Shown: positions 41,560 through 52,271, numbered from the stretch's first letter. The stretch is DNA of 64,000 bases from an uncultured Acidobacteriota bacterium (GCA_963827655.1 CAWHCF010000014.1:86424-150423), one strand, 5' to 3'. A program made the numbers and translations. Notes: a model not told the origin generated them from the letters alone.

Positions 41560-42029
41560 GCCATTTGGTCCTCGACGGCAAAGCCTTTCTTGGGCACCAG
41601 GACACGACGCCGGAAGGTCAAAACCGTCTCACCCCGCTGATTGCGAACGCGGGTCTCAACCCGGACGATGCCGCGATCGGGCTTCGATTCCGACTCTCTC
41701 TTGTCGAGCACGGTGGTTTCCGCATAGATCGTGTCGCCATGAAAGACCGGGGCCTCATGTCGAATCTGTTCGTACTCGAGGTTAGCGATGCACTTGCCAC
41801 TGACGTCACCCACGCTCATCCCTACCGCAGTGGAAAAGATCAGAAGCCCGACGACCAGACGCTGGCCGTGCTGCGTGCGCTCGGCGTAATTCGCGTCGAT
41901 GTGAAGAGGATTGTGGTTCATGGTCAGCATGCAGAAGAGGGTGTCGTCCATCTCGGTAATGGTTCTTCCGGGCCAGTGCCGGTAGACCTCGCCGATGGTG
42001 AATTCCTCGTAGTACCTTCCGAATCCCAT
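41556..42029 (-). CDS. MaoC-family (R-specific) enoyl-CoA hydratase
   Basis: GRYYEEF..G, GRTITE.D, TMNHNPLH.D and PVFHGDT. Confidence 0.92.
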   Translation of the reverse strand: MGFGRYYEEFTIGEVYRHWPGRTITEMDDTLFCMLTMNHNPLHIDANYAERTQHGQRLVVGLLIFSTAVGMSVGDVSGKCIANLEYEQIRHEAPVFHGDTIYAETTVLDKRESESKPDRGIVRVETRVRNQRGETVLTFRRRVLVPKKGFAVEDQMA

Positions 42030-42062
42030 TCGACCTTTACGACTACAGACTGCGAAAATCCG

Positions 42063-43214
42063 CTAAGAGATCGCGTATTTCTTTAGAAGATTGCGAGCGA
42101 TCACGAGCTTCTGAATTTCGTTGGTTCCTTCGCCGATGATGAGCAAAGGCGCGTCCCGATAGTAACGCTCCACGTTGAACTCGGTAGTATAACCATAGCC
42201 CCCCAGAATTCGCATGGCCTCCAGGCTGACTTCCTGGCAGGTTTCCGAGGCGTATAATTTCGCCATCCCTGCCTCAAGATCACAGCGCTCGCCCTGGTCC
42301 TTCTTCAGTGCGGCCTGGCGCGTGAGGAGTCGCGCCGCCTCGATCTTGGTCGCCATCTCGGCGAGTTTGAGCTGGATGGCCTGATGCTCGGCAATGGGTC
42401 GCCCGAAGGCGCATCGTTGCTGGGCATACTTGATCGCATCCTCGAATGCCGCGCGGGCTACTCCCACACCGCGGGCCGCGATGTTGATGCGCCCCACTTC
42501 CAGGCCCGCCATGACCTGTCGAAAACCGCAGCCCTCTTCCAGGCCGACCAGGTTCGACGCCGGGACTCGAACACGGTCGAAAACGAGCTCCACGGTTTCG
42601 ACCCCCTTGTATCCCAGCTTGCCGATGTTCTTGCCGGCCGTCAACCCGGGATCTCCCTTTTCGACAATGAACAGGCTGATTCCCTTGTGCGCCGGCACTG
42701 CCTGAGGATCGGTCTTCACCAGCACCGCAAAGGCGTTGCCATGGCGGCCATTGGTAATGAACATCTTCGACCCGTTCAGAACATAGCGGTCACCGTCACG
42801 AGTCGCGGTCGTGGAGATGGCCTGAACGTCGCTGCCCGCATGACTCTCGGTCAGAGCCAGCCCGCCGCGTTTTTCTCCGCTGGCGAACGCCGGCAGGAAC
42901 CGGCGCTTCTGCTCCTCGGCGCCGAATGTCTCGACCACGTAGGCCATGATCAGGTGCGTGTTGAAGACGCCGCTCAGGCTCATCCACCCTTTGCAGATTT
43001 CCTCGACGATCATGGCGTAGGTCGTGAAGTCCAGTCCCAGACCGCCATGTTCCTCCGAAATGGTGGCGCCGAAGAGCCCCATTTCCTTCATGCGCTCGAC
43101 CAGCTCGAAAGGATAGACATCGTCTCGCTCGAGCTGCGCAGCCACGGGAATAACTTCCCGTTCGACAAAGGTTCGAACGGTTGATAGGAGCAACTGCTGT
43201 TCGTCGGCTCGCAT
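42063..43214 (-). CDS. acyl-CoA dehydrogenase
   Basis: LTESHAGSD, LNGSKMFITNG, QRCAFGRPI, MAKLYA, GGYGY and IGEGTNEIQ. Confidence 0.95.
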   Translation of the reverse strand: MRADEQQLLLSTVRTFVEREVIPVAAQLERDDVYPFELVERMKEMGLFGATISEEHGGLGLDFTTYAMIVEEICKGWMSLSGVFNTHLIMAYVVETFGAEEQKRRFLPAFASGEKRGGLALTESHAGSDVQAISTTATRDGDRYVLNGSKMFITNGRHGNAFAVLVKTDPQAVPAHKGISLFIVEKGDPGLTAGKNIGKLGYKGVETVELVFDRVRVPASNLVGLEEGCGFRQVMAGLEVGRINIAARGVGVARAAFEDAIKYAQQRCAFGRPIAEHQAIQLKLAEMATKIEAARLLTRQAALKKDQGERCDLEAGMAKLYASETCQEVSLEAMRILGGYGYTTEFNVERYYRDAPLLIIGEGTNEIQKLVIARNLLKKYAIS

Positions 43215-43349
43215 AGGTATGGACTCGCCCTACAAACAAATACCACCAAGACGCAAAGACACGAAGAAACACCAAGAATCTTTCCGACCCCGCCTAGTGA
43301 TCGTGGCGGTTTTTTATATCTAACATATGACGCACGTCGAGCGGGCAAG

Positions 43350-43751
43350 TCAAATCATGGTTCCGCTGGTCTTCTTGCGACCTTGCGGTTTCCGGATCGC
43401 AATAACAAGCACGATCATCCACAGGCCGACGATCAACAAGCCCAGTGTTTCGCGGCCTTCTTCCGCAAGAAGCGCGACGTTGCTCAGCGTGAGTATTTCT
43501 GCCAGCGTGATTCTCCCGGCCACCCCTGGCGCCAGTGCTGCGGCCCACGTCAGAGCCACAGCGGCAATCAGAGCGGCGGCAAGCACGGAAAGCCGGCCGC
43601 GCAGCGCCAGCACGCAGGCGCCCGCCGCAACACCGTAGATGGTCATCCATTGCAGCGGGTCGGGATCGTTGTATTGCACGGCCGCGCACAGGAGGAAGAT
43701 GATGGTCATCCCGATGTTCAGCGGACGCAGGATTCCCTGCCCCGGACTCAT
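43350..43751 (-). CDS. TMEM220-family membrane protein
   Basis: AVQYNDPDP..W..IY and EEGRETLGL motifs; about four TM helices. Confidence 0.75.
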   Translation of the reverse strand: MSPGQGILRPLNIGMTIIFLLCAAVQYNDPDPLQWMTIYGVAAGACVLALRGRLSVLAAALIAAVALTWAAALAPGVAGRITLAEILTLSNVALLAEEGRETLGLLIVGLWMIVLVIAIRKPQGRKKTSGTMI

Positions 43752-44096
43752 ACCCACACGATAATCGAGATCGGGGCAGATTTTTAGTGTTTCTTCGTGT
43801 CTTCGCGTCTCGGTGGTATTTGCCGCGCGCTGACCACGAAGACACGAGGACGCCAAGAGTGGTTCAAACCCGATGTAAGCTTGAAAAAAAATATTGCGGT
43901 CTCGCTTCGAGCGGTGTTAGGATGAGGTCAAATTCCAACAAAGTGGGCCGTTACGTGGTTGGATGGATTTCCCCGCACCCTGGAGACGGGAAATAAGGAC
44001 AAGAATTGGCTTTCGAAGGGGCCGATTGCTCGAGTTGCTGTCCGTTTCTTTTTGGTTTTTTAACAAAGCCTAAAATTCAACGATCCCGAGGAGGAT

Positions 44097-47000
44097 ATGA
44101 TGGGGGATTTGCAAGCTTTCATCGGAGGCTCGCGCAGTCGCCTCTTATGGCTCAGCTTGATGAGCCTGATTCTGGCGACAGCCTTCGTTCCACAGACGAG
44201 CTACGCCCAGGTGCTGTACGGTTCAATCATCGGCAACGTGAAGGATTCCAGCGGAGGCGCGGTCCCGGGCGCCAGCGTGTCGATCACGAACAAATCGACC
44301 AACCAGACACGCGAAAGCATCACGGACGAACTGGGTAATTACAGCTTGACGACGGTCCAGACCGGAAGCTACACCATGAAGGTTTCGCTTACGGGTTTCA
44401 AAGAGTTCCTGCAGACCGACGTTCAGGTGGCCTTGAATACCGTGGCCCGCGTCGATGTTACGCTGGAGGTCGGACAGGTAGCCGAAACGGTCACGGTATC
44501 GGCTCAGGCCGTGACCCTGCAGACCGACCGGGCCGAGGTGAAATCGGAGCTGAACACGAAGGCATTGCAGGATCTGCCGGTCCCGATGGGGCGGAACTAC
44601 CAGGGCCTGTTCAAGACCCTCCCCGGCTTCAGCATGCCGGAAAACGCGCACTCGATTCCGTCGAATCCATCGCGCGCCCTGGCCTTCAACGTCAACGGAG
44701 CCAGCAGAAGCTCGAATAACATCCGCATCGACGGTGTGACCGGAACCAACGTCTGGCTGCCGCACATGACGTCCTACATTCCGGCGCTCGAATCGATCGA
44801 CGCCGTCAACGTCGTCACCAACAGCTTCGACGCCGAGCAGGGGCTCGCGGGCGGCGCCGCGGTGAACGTACAGATCAAGAGCGGAACCAACGAACTGCAC
44901 GGTTCGGCCTTCGAGTACCACAGCGACAATGCGCTCAAGGCCAGGCCGTACTTCACACCGGTCAACCAGAGAAACCCGAAGCTGGTCTACAACCAGTTCG
45001 GCGCTACCCTGGGCGGACCGATCCTGAAGGACAAGCTGTTCTACTTCGCGAGCTACGAGGGGACCTACGACCATCAGTTTGCCTCGCGCACGGTGTCGGT
45101 CCCGACGCCGGAGATGAAGCGCGGTGACTTCAGCGCCTCGCCCAACCCGATTTACGACCCGGCCACCGGCGACGCCGCGGGCGCGGGCCGAACGCCATTC
45201 CCGGGCAACATCATCCCGGCCAACCGGATCGATTCGATCGCAGCCAACATCAACGCCCGATGGCCCGATCCGAACATACCGGGGCTGGCTCCCGGCACAA
45301 TCAGCAACAACTTCTACAAGGGTGACAGCTTCTACCTCCAGCGTCACACGCTCGATACCAAGCTCAACTGGAACATCACCCCGAAGCTCGCCATGAACGG
45401 GCGCTTCTCCATCCTCGACTACTCCATGCACAACCCGGAGATCTTCGGCGATCAGCTGGGCGGCATGTTCGTGGCCGCCTATGGCGGGAATTCCGGCGAA
45501 GGCTGGGGCAAGACGTACTCGACCACCATCGGGGCAAACTACGTGGTCTCGCCGAAATTCATCGTGGACGCGAACTTCGGCTGGACCCGGATGGATACTA
45601 ATGTCGAACAGTGCTGCCTTGACGAGAACATCGGCCGCGACGTCCTCGGGATTCCGGGGACGAACGGAACGCGTCGTTTCGAGGGAGGTTGGCCGGATAT
45701 CGAGATCTCGAACTTCGCCAACATCGGCGTGAACGACAACTTCATGCCGTACTATCGCTCCGACCCGCAATGGCAGTACACGGCCAACGCGAACTGGATC
45801 AAGGGGAGCCACAACGTGCGGTTCGGGTTTGACGCCTCGCACCAGAACCTGAACCACACGCAGCCGGAGTTTGCCGGCGCCTCGTACGGGGCGCAGGGGG
45901 GCTTCGCGTTCGCCGGCGGCCCGACCCAGATCGCCGGTGGGCCCGGCGGGAACGCCTTCAACAGCTACGCGACCTTCCTGCTCGGCCTGCCGACCCAGAT
46001 GGGGCGCATCCTCCAGGTGCCGGATGTCTACTCGACCCGGACGTGGGCGCACAGCCTCTATATCCGCGACTCGTGGCAGGCTCACAGGAAGTTGACCTTC
46101 GCCATCGGCACACGCTGGGAGTATTTCCCGATCCCGACGCGTCCGGACCGCGGCCTGGAGCTCTACGACATCAACACTAACAAGATGCAGGTCTGCGGTG
46201 TCGGCTCCATCCCGGTCGACTGCGGCGTCAAGATGAGCAAGACCATGTTCGCGCCCCGCTTCGGCCTGGCCTGGCGCGTGACCGAGGACTTCGTCGTCCG
46301 AGCCGGGTACGGGATCACCAACGACCCGTACAACCTCGCTCGGCCGATGCGGACCAATCACCCGATCCTGCTCGCGCTGACCGTACCGCAACCGAACTCG
46401 CTCAGCGCGGCGGGCACGCTCCGTACCGGGATTCCGGCGATCCCCGTCCCGGACCTCGGCAACGGGATCCTCGATGTCCCGAGCAACATCGGCGTCAACT
46501 ACCTCCCCACCGAATTCAAGCGCGGCTACATCCAGTCGTGGAACCTGACGCTGCAGCACACGCTGCCGCTGGGCTTCGTCGGTCAGGCGGGCTATGTCGC
46601 CACCCGGACGATCCGCCAGCTCGGCCAGCACAACATCAACACGCAGCAGGTCGGCGGCGGGCTTGCCAGCGCGCCGCTCAACCAGAAGTTCGGTCGAGTG
46701 GGATCCACGCAGTACATCGGCCCGATCGGCGGGAGCCACTACGACTCGGCGCAGCTCACGCTCGACCGCCGCTTCGCGCACGGCTTCCAGATGAACCTGG
46801 CCTACACCTTCTCGAAGGCGATCGGCGCGGTGCGGGAGAGTGACAGCGACAACAGCCCCGCGATCCAGCTCTTCGACTACTACCACCTCAACCGCTCTCT
46901 ACTGAACATTCATCGCCCGCACAACTTCCAGCTGTCCACTATCAACGAGCTTCCGTTCGGCAGGGGGCGGAAGTGGCTCAATGACGGCGGCTTCGGCAGC

Positions 47001-47511
47001 GCCATCCTGGGGGGCTGGCAGGTCAACGCGATCTTCAGCCGCCAGTCGGGCGTTCCGCTTCTCGGTCACCGCTTCGGGCACGTCCCTCAACGCAGCCGGC
47101 AACACGCAGCGCGCCGATCAGGTCAAGACCAACGTCGAGTACCTGGGCGGCCACGGCCGGGGCGAGTCCTGGTTCGATCCGTTCGCGTTCGCGCCGGTAA
47201 CCGAGGCCCGATTCGGGACCACGGGCTACAACACACTGGTCGGTCCGCGCTACTCGAACATCGACGTCGGACTGTTCCGCGAGTTCAAGATGACCGAACG
47301 CGTCGGAATGCAGTTCCGGGCCGAAGCTTTCAACTTCACTAACACGCCCCACTTCGGTAACCCCGGGTTGAACCGCTCGGACATGACCCTCAATCCCGAC
47401 GGAACCATCCGGAGCCTCGGCAGCTACACCGAGATCACGACCACGCGCGGTACCGGCCGTGAGGGGATCGATGAGCGGCAGTTCCGCTTCGGGCTCCGCT
47501 TGACCTTCTAA
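44097..47511 (+). CDS. TonB-dependent receptor, Oar-like (+1 frameshift near 47058)
   Basis: Signal peptide, [36 protein letters not shown] and APRFGLAW. The C-terminal FRAEAFN...[11 protein letters not shown] is in ORF 46981-47511. Confidence 0.92.
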
Positions 47512-47539
47512 GCTTTTCGAGCTTGCCTGTTAGCCTGCA

Positions 47540-47578
47540 AGAGGGATCGCGCCGGCGGCGCGATCCCTCTTTTTGTTT
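47540..47578 (+). terminator. intrinsic terminator
   Basis: AGAGGGATCGCGCC-GGC-GGCGCGATCCCTCT-TTTTGTTT. Confidence 0.88.
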
Positions 47579-47722
47579 CAGACTGTTGACCAGAGATCAA
47601 TCGCGCATACAATAACGGCGGTCGATTTGGTCTTAACGGTTCCTTCGCGCCTTTGCGGTTAAAAGGGGAATAACAAAAACCACCGCCAAGACGCAAAGCC
47701 ATGCAATGAACGGAGAGCTGAA

Positions 47723-48493
47723 TTGACAGTACTGGATAAATTTCGTCTTGATGGGCGCACGGCTCTCGTGACCGGCGGAGCTCGCGGGCTCGGCTGGGAG
47801 ATCGCTTCCAGTCTGGCCGAAGCCGGCGCGCGTGTCGCCGTGACCAGCCGGAATCCCGATACCGCCCGCGCCGCGGCACAGAAGCTGCTGAAACTGACCG
47901 GTCAGAATTGTATCGGCGTCGCCTGCGAGGTCAGCGAGCCAAGGTCGGTGGAAGAAACCGTCACGCAGGTTCGCCAGCAGCTGGGCCCGATTCAAATTCT
48001 GATCAATAACGCCGGAATCAATATCCGAGGCGCGATCCAGAACCTTTCACTGGAACAGTTCCGGAATGTGATGGACACCAACGTCACAGGGGTCTGGCTC
48101 ATGTGCCGGGCCGCGGCGCGCGATATGCTGGAGGCGCGCTGGGGTCGGGTCGTCAATCTCGGATCGATTCTATCCAGCGCCGGCTTCGAAGAACGCACAC
48201 CCTACGCCTCGTCCAAGGGAGCCGTGCTTCAGCTCACTCGAACCCTGGCGCTCGAGTGGGCGACCACCGGGATCACTGTGAATTGCGTGTGCCCCGGCCC
48301 TTTCGGAACGGAAATGAATCGCCCGCTGATGAACGACCCGGAAAAATACGCCGCTTTCGTAAGCAAGGTTCCGATGCGGCGTTTTGGCAGCCTCGACGAG
48401 ATAGGACCCGCCGTGCTCTTCCTGGCTTCGGAGGCATCGAGCTTCGTCACGGGTTCGGCATTGTACGTCGATGGCGGCTGGACTGCCCAATAA
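47723..48493 (+). CDS. SDR oxidoreductase (gluconate-5-dehydrogenase/KduD-like)
   Basis: TGGARGLG, NNAG, YASSK and VDGGWTA; TTG start after GGAG. Confidence 0.9.
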   Translation: MTVLDKFRLDGRTALVTGGARGLGWEIASSLAEAGARVAVTSRNPDTARAAAQKLLKLTGQNCIGVACEVSEPRSVEETVTQVRQQLGPIQILINNAGINIRGAIQNLSLEQFRNVMDTNVTGVWLMCRAAARDMLEARWGRVVNLGSILSSAGFEERTPYASSKGAVLQLTRTLALEWATTGITVNCVCPGPFGTEMNRPLMNDPEKYAAFVSKVPMRRFGSLDEIGPAVLFLASEASSFVTGSALYVDGGWTAQ

Positions 48494-48504
48494 GGTTTCG
48501 CCCG

Positions 48505-49056
48505 ATGGATACAATAAATCGATTTGTCGAAGGGCTCTGTGCCATCAAGGAGAGCGAGTTCACGATTCCGCGTGTGGCACGCTACGTACTGGAACACCCG
48601 GTTGATCCGGTTTCCCTCGAACCTTATCTTTTCTACACTGCCACTCACTACACGCGAAATCTCATTCACAAATCGGACATTTTCGAGCTGATCGCCATCT
48701 GCTGGGATATCGGGCAGGCATCACAGATCCATAATCACCAGAACCAGAACTGCTGGATGGCCGTCCCGGTGGGATGTCTGGCGGTGCAGAACTACCAGCT
48801 GGTAAGGTTCGACGAAAAGGGATTCTGCCAGCTCAAGAAAGCCAATCGCGTCATCATGGATCCGCAGAATCCATCATTCGTCGACCCGGCAATGCCCATT
48901 CATGCCGTCCTGAATCTGCCGAAATTCAGGCAGAGAGCCACGAGCCTTCACATTTATTCCCGCCCCTACGATCGATGCCTGGTTTATTCGGCACAAAAAA
49001 GCTCGTATTGGGGTGTTGCGCTTTCGTACGATTCGCAATACGGAATCAGATCTTAG
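48505..49056 (+). CDS. cysteine dioxygenase family protein
   Basis: YTRNL, SQIHNH, IHAV and SLHIYS (3-His facial triad and Ser-His-Tyr triad). Confidence 0.85.
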   Translation: MDTINRFVEGLCAIKESEFTIPRVARYVLEHPVDPVSLEPYLFYTATHYTRNLIHKSDIFELIAICWDIGQASQIHNHQNQNCWMAVPVGCLAVQNYQLVRFDEKGFCQLKKANRVIMDPQNPSFVDPAMPIHAVLNLPKFRQRATSLHIYSRPYDRCLVYSAQKSSYWGVALSYDSQYGIRS

Positions 49057-49243
49057 GGCTCGCGCAGAAATAACTTCACATTCTGGCGCGAGAGTCGGGA
49101 GTTAATTTTGAACCGTCTTTCTGTTAGCTGCACAGTCTGGCGCCCTCCGGCTCGCGCCCCTTCGGGCTGCGGCCCGCAGGCCCGCCGGCTTTGTAACTCG
49201 CTCCTCACTTACCGTGCTGGGTACGCATCGTCGCGAACCCTTA
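49054..49243. mobile_element. MITE-like element, copy 2 (inverted, internally deleted)
   Basis: TTA-GGGCTCGCGCAGAAATAACTTCACATTCTGG...GCGAACCC-TTA; shares internal sequence with 2635-2860. Confidence 0.75.
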
Positions 49244-49336
49244 GACCACCGGGAATCCTGGCGCCGCGATTCTTGTTCAAGGTCTGGTCTCTTTTCTGGT
49301 AGATTGGGCAACAACCATCTCGCCCAAGGAGTCGCT

Positions 49337-50677
49337 ATGGAGAACAAGACGATTGATCGCCGCGAGTTTGTGAAGAAATCCGCCATGAGCGCCGGCGCTA
49401 CCGCCCTCGGTGCGATGTACGTTCCGCGCCGCGCATTCGGCGCGAACGATCGCATTTCGCTCGGTCTGGTCGGTCCCGGGAGCCGGGCTCAGGCTCTCAT
49501 AAAATGGGTCTACCAGGTCGAGAAGAGTCACAATGCCGAGTTCACCGCCGTCTGCGACATCTGGAACCAGCGGCGGGAACAAGGCGCCGCGAAATTTCAA
49601 GAGCACTACAACCGCGAGGTCCGAAAGTGCCGGACCCTGGCAGAAATCTGCGCGCTGAAGGATGTCGACGGACTCGTCATCGCGACCGCCGATTTCCAGC
49701 ATGCGTACCACCTCACCCAGGCGGTGAAGGCCGGCAAGGATGTCTACGTTGAAAAGCCGCTCGGCTGTGATTTCGACCAGATCAAGACGGCCTTGAAGAC
49801 AGTCAAGGAATCCGATCGCGTGGTCCAGCTCGGCACTCAAAGCCGCTCTGAGGGAAAATACTACGGCGCCCGAGACTTCATAAAGTCGGGCTGGCTCGGC
49901 AAGGTAAGCTTCGTCGAAATCTACGAACCCATTTTCCAGGAGCGCTGGCGCATCCCCGGCTCCGAAGACTCGCTCAAGGAGGCGGACACCGACTGGAAAG
50001 AGTTTCTCTGCTACCTCGATCCCAAGAAGCATAAATGGAATCCTCGCCACTACCGGGAGTTCCGCATCTTCTGGCCTTTTTCGAGCGGCTGCTTCTGCCA
50101 GTGGATGAGCCACCGGATCGACCTCGTGAATCTCGTTCTGGGAGAGCTGCCCCGCTACGCCGTCGCGGCCGGAGGCGTCTACATCTGGAAGGATGGCCGC
50201 ACCAATCCGGATACGGCGCAGGCATTGCTGGAATATCCCAGCGGAACGCTCGCTACCTACCACATGCGCATGGGCAACAGCGCCGAGAAACGAGGGATTA
50301 CGCTCTACGGCACCAACGGGACGATGGACCTCGACGAAGGGATAGCCTATGGAGATGGCGGCGGCGGCGAAGTAGTGGCCGAGCATCCCGGGGATCCGAA
50401 TACCAAGTTTGTGATTGATCCAAAGCGGCTCTTGAAAACGAAGAAGGACGGCGGTGTGAAATGGGAATCGCCTCCCGACCAGCATCACATGGGAAACTTC
50501 CTCGAGTGCATGCGCAGCCGCAAGAAACCTGTGGCCGACATCGACGCGGGCTACGGTCATGCCCTGGCCACCATCCTGTCGAATATGTCCTACCGGAACG
50601 GAGTCCGGATGGAATATGACGCTGCGCGTTTAGAGATGAAGAAATCCCCGGTATCTCCAATGCCTGTCACCGGGTAG
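49337..50677 (+). CDS. Tat-exported Gfo/Idh/MocA oxidoreductase
   Basis: DRREFVK, LGLVGPGSR, GKDVYVEKP and VQLGTQ.R. Confidence 0.9.
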   Translation: MENKTIDRREFVKKSAMSAGATALGAMYVPRRAFGANDRISLGLVGPGSRAQALIKWVYQVEKSHNAEFTAVCDIWNQRREQGAAKFQEHYNREVRKCRTLAEICALKDVDGLVIATADFQHAYHLTQAVKAGKDVYVEKPLGCDFDQIKTALKTVKESDRVVQLGTQSRSEGKYYGARDFIKSGWLGKVSFVEIYEPIFQERWRIPGSEDSLKEADTDWKEFLCYLDPKKHKWNPRHYREFRIFWPFSSGCFCQWMSHRIDLVNLVLGELPRYAVAAGGVYIWKDGRTNPDTAQALLEYPSGTLATYHMRMGNSAEKRGITLYGTNGTMDLDEGIAYGDGGGGEVVAEHPGDPNTKFVIDPKRLLKTKKDGGVKWESPPDQHHMGNFLECMRSRKKPVADIDAGYGHALATILSNMSYRNGVRMEYDAARLEMKKSPVSPMPVTG

Positions 50678-50683
50678 AAATCG

Positions 50684-51673
50684 TTGGCGATCGTTACGAT
50701 CTCGCATCAGTGCGGCAGCCGGGGAGAGGCCATTGCGCTCGAGGTTGCTCAGCGGCTGGGCTTCTCCCTGGTGACATCGGACAACGTTGACGAGGTTATC
50801 CGGGAGCGGTATCGACTTAACTATTCCCTTTCAGGCGAAATCGACCAGACCCCGCGAGAAAGCCAGGCCGGCAAATTCCTGGCCAACCTCATATCCGCTA
50901 TCCTCACGGATATGGCGGTGCTTCAGGATCTGGTCGTGCTGGAATGCGGAGGGCAGTTCATTTTTCGGGCCTTTCCCAATGCGATGCACGTGCGTGTCAT
51001 CGCCCCCGAGTATATCCGCGCCAACATTCTCATGCAGGAGCGACATATTTCCTTCGAGCAGGCTGCGAAGGAAATCGAGGATTACGAACGCCGGCAGATT
51101 CGGTTTTTTCGTTCGACTTTTCGGCGGCCGAGCGAGACACCGGAGCGCTACGATTTGATCGTGAACACCGGGTCTTTGGAAAGTCAGCACGCCGTCGAAC
51201 TGATCCTCCAAGCCGTGCATCTCAAGAGGCTGCCGGAATACGGTCTGGTTTCCAGCGAAACGGTCGAGCGGGCTCGCGTGCGCAACCATATCCGCCTGGC
51301 CCGCGCGCTCAGCCGGCTGTCGATCGACTCGAACCAATCCTCGACGCAGTTTGCCCATCCCAGCGAGCGCCTTTTCGCGCAACTACTCGACTTCTACGGA
51401 ATACCGTGGAAATACGAGCCCCGGACCTTTCCCCTGGAGCATGACGCCGGCGGCAACGTGGTCGAGGCCTTCTCGCCCGACTTTTATCTTCCCGGCAGCG
51501 ATCTGTACGTGGAGCTCACGACCATGAAGCAGTCGCTCGTAACCAGGAAGAACCGCAAGGTAAAACGCCTGCGCGAGCTCTACCCCGACGTGAAGATCAG
51601 GCTTCTTTACCAGAAAGACTTCGAAGACCTGATCTTCAAATACGAGGCTCGAAAATCTGGCTCGCCGGACTGA
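50684..51673 (+). CDS. cytidylate-kinase-like domain fused to a PD-(D/E)XK-like domain
   Basis: N-terminal VTISHQCGSRG...HVRVIAP...YDLIVNT; C-terminal AHPSE...WKYEP...FSPDFYLP..DLYVELTT. Confidence 0.75.
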   Translation: MAIVTISHQCGSRGEAIALEVAQRLGFSLVTSDNVDEVIRERYRLNYSLSGEIDQTPRESQAGKFLANLISAILTDMAVLQDLVVLECGGQFIFRAFPNAMHVRVIAPEYIRANILMQERHISFEQAAKEIEDYERRQIRFFRSTFRRPSETPERYDLIVNTGSLESQHAVELILQAVHLKRLPEYGLVSSETVERARVRNHIRLARALSRLSIDSNQSSTQFAHPSERLFAQLLDFYGIPWKYEPRTFPLEHDAGGNVVEAFSPDFYLPGSDLYVELTTMKQSLVTRKNRKVKRLRELYPDVKIRLLYQKDFEDLIFKYEARKSGSPD

Positions 51674-51728
51674 GAGAGCGTTCTTGGTGTTTCTTCGTGT
51701 CTTTGAGTCTTGGTGGTATTTGTTAGAC

Positions 51729-52271
51729 ATGCACAACGATCTCGAAAGAGTGTTATTCACCGAAGATCAAATTCATCGGCGGATCGTCGAACTGGCCGCG
51801 GAGATCTCGCGGGATTACCAGGGACGTGAGTTGATGCTGGTTAGCGTCTTGAAAGGGGCGGTGTTCTTCCTGACTTACCTGGCGCAGGCGTTAGAGAACC
51901 CTGTGAAGCTCGATTTTCTGGGCATCGCCAGCTTCTCGCCCGGACGGGCCCTTCCGGGGGTCGTGCGGATTACGAAGGATCTGGATCAAAACATTCAGGG
52001 GATGGACGTGCTTCTGGTCGAGGACATTGTCGATACCGGCTTGACCTTGCGCTACCTCCTCAACGTCCTCTCGGGACGTCAGCCCAACAGCCTGGAAGTC
52101 TGTACTTTCCTCGATAAGGCTGTCCGACGGCTGGTAGACGTTCCAGTCAAGTACCGCTGTTTCGAAATTCCTGATCGCTTCGTGGTGGGGTTCGGCCTGG
52201 ACTACGACCAGCGTTACCGCACCCTCCGGTGTGTTGGAATCTTGAAAAGCCAAATCTACCGTACCGATTGA
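51729..52271 (+). CDS. hpt: hypoxanthine phosphoribosyltransferase
   Basis: VLKGAVFF, LLVEDIVDTGLT, FLDK and FVVGFGLDY. Confidence 0.92.
   Translation: MHNDLERVLFTEDQIHRRIVELAAEISRDYQGRELMLVSVLKGAVFFLTYLAQALENPVKLDFLGIASFSPGRALPGVVRITKDLDQNIQGMDVLLVEDIVDTGLTLRYLLNVLSGRQPNSLEVCTFLDKAVRRLVDVPVKYRCFEIPDRFVVGFGLDYDQRYRTLRCVGILKSQIYRTD

Noticed and set aside
43925-44096. Riboswitch in the TonB receptor leader (also the 13787-13940 leader)
   Set aside because: Some hairpins are present, but I recognised no cobalamin, TPP, SAM or c-di-GMP consensus.
44223-46886. 887-aa antisense ORF (likewise 58605-60458, 10033-11253, 11431-12777, 14604-15935 and 49277-50560)
   Set aside because: Shadow frames of well-supported genes caused by GC-rich codon bias; no recognisable motifs.
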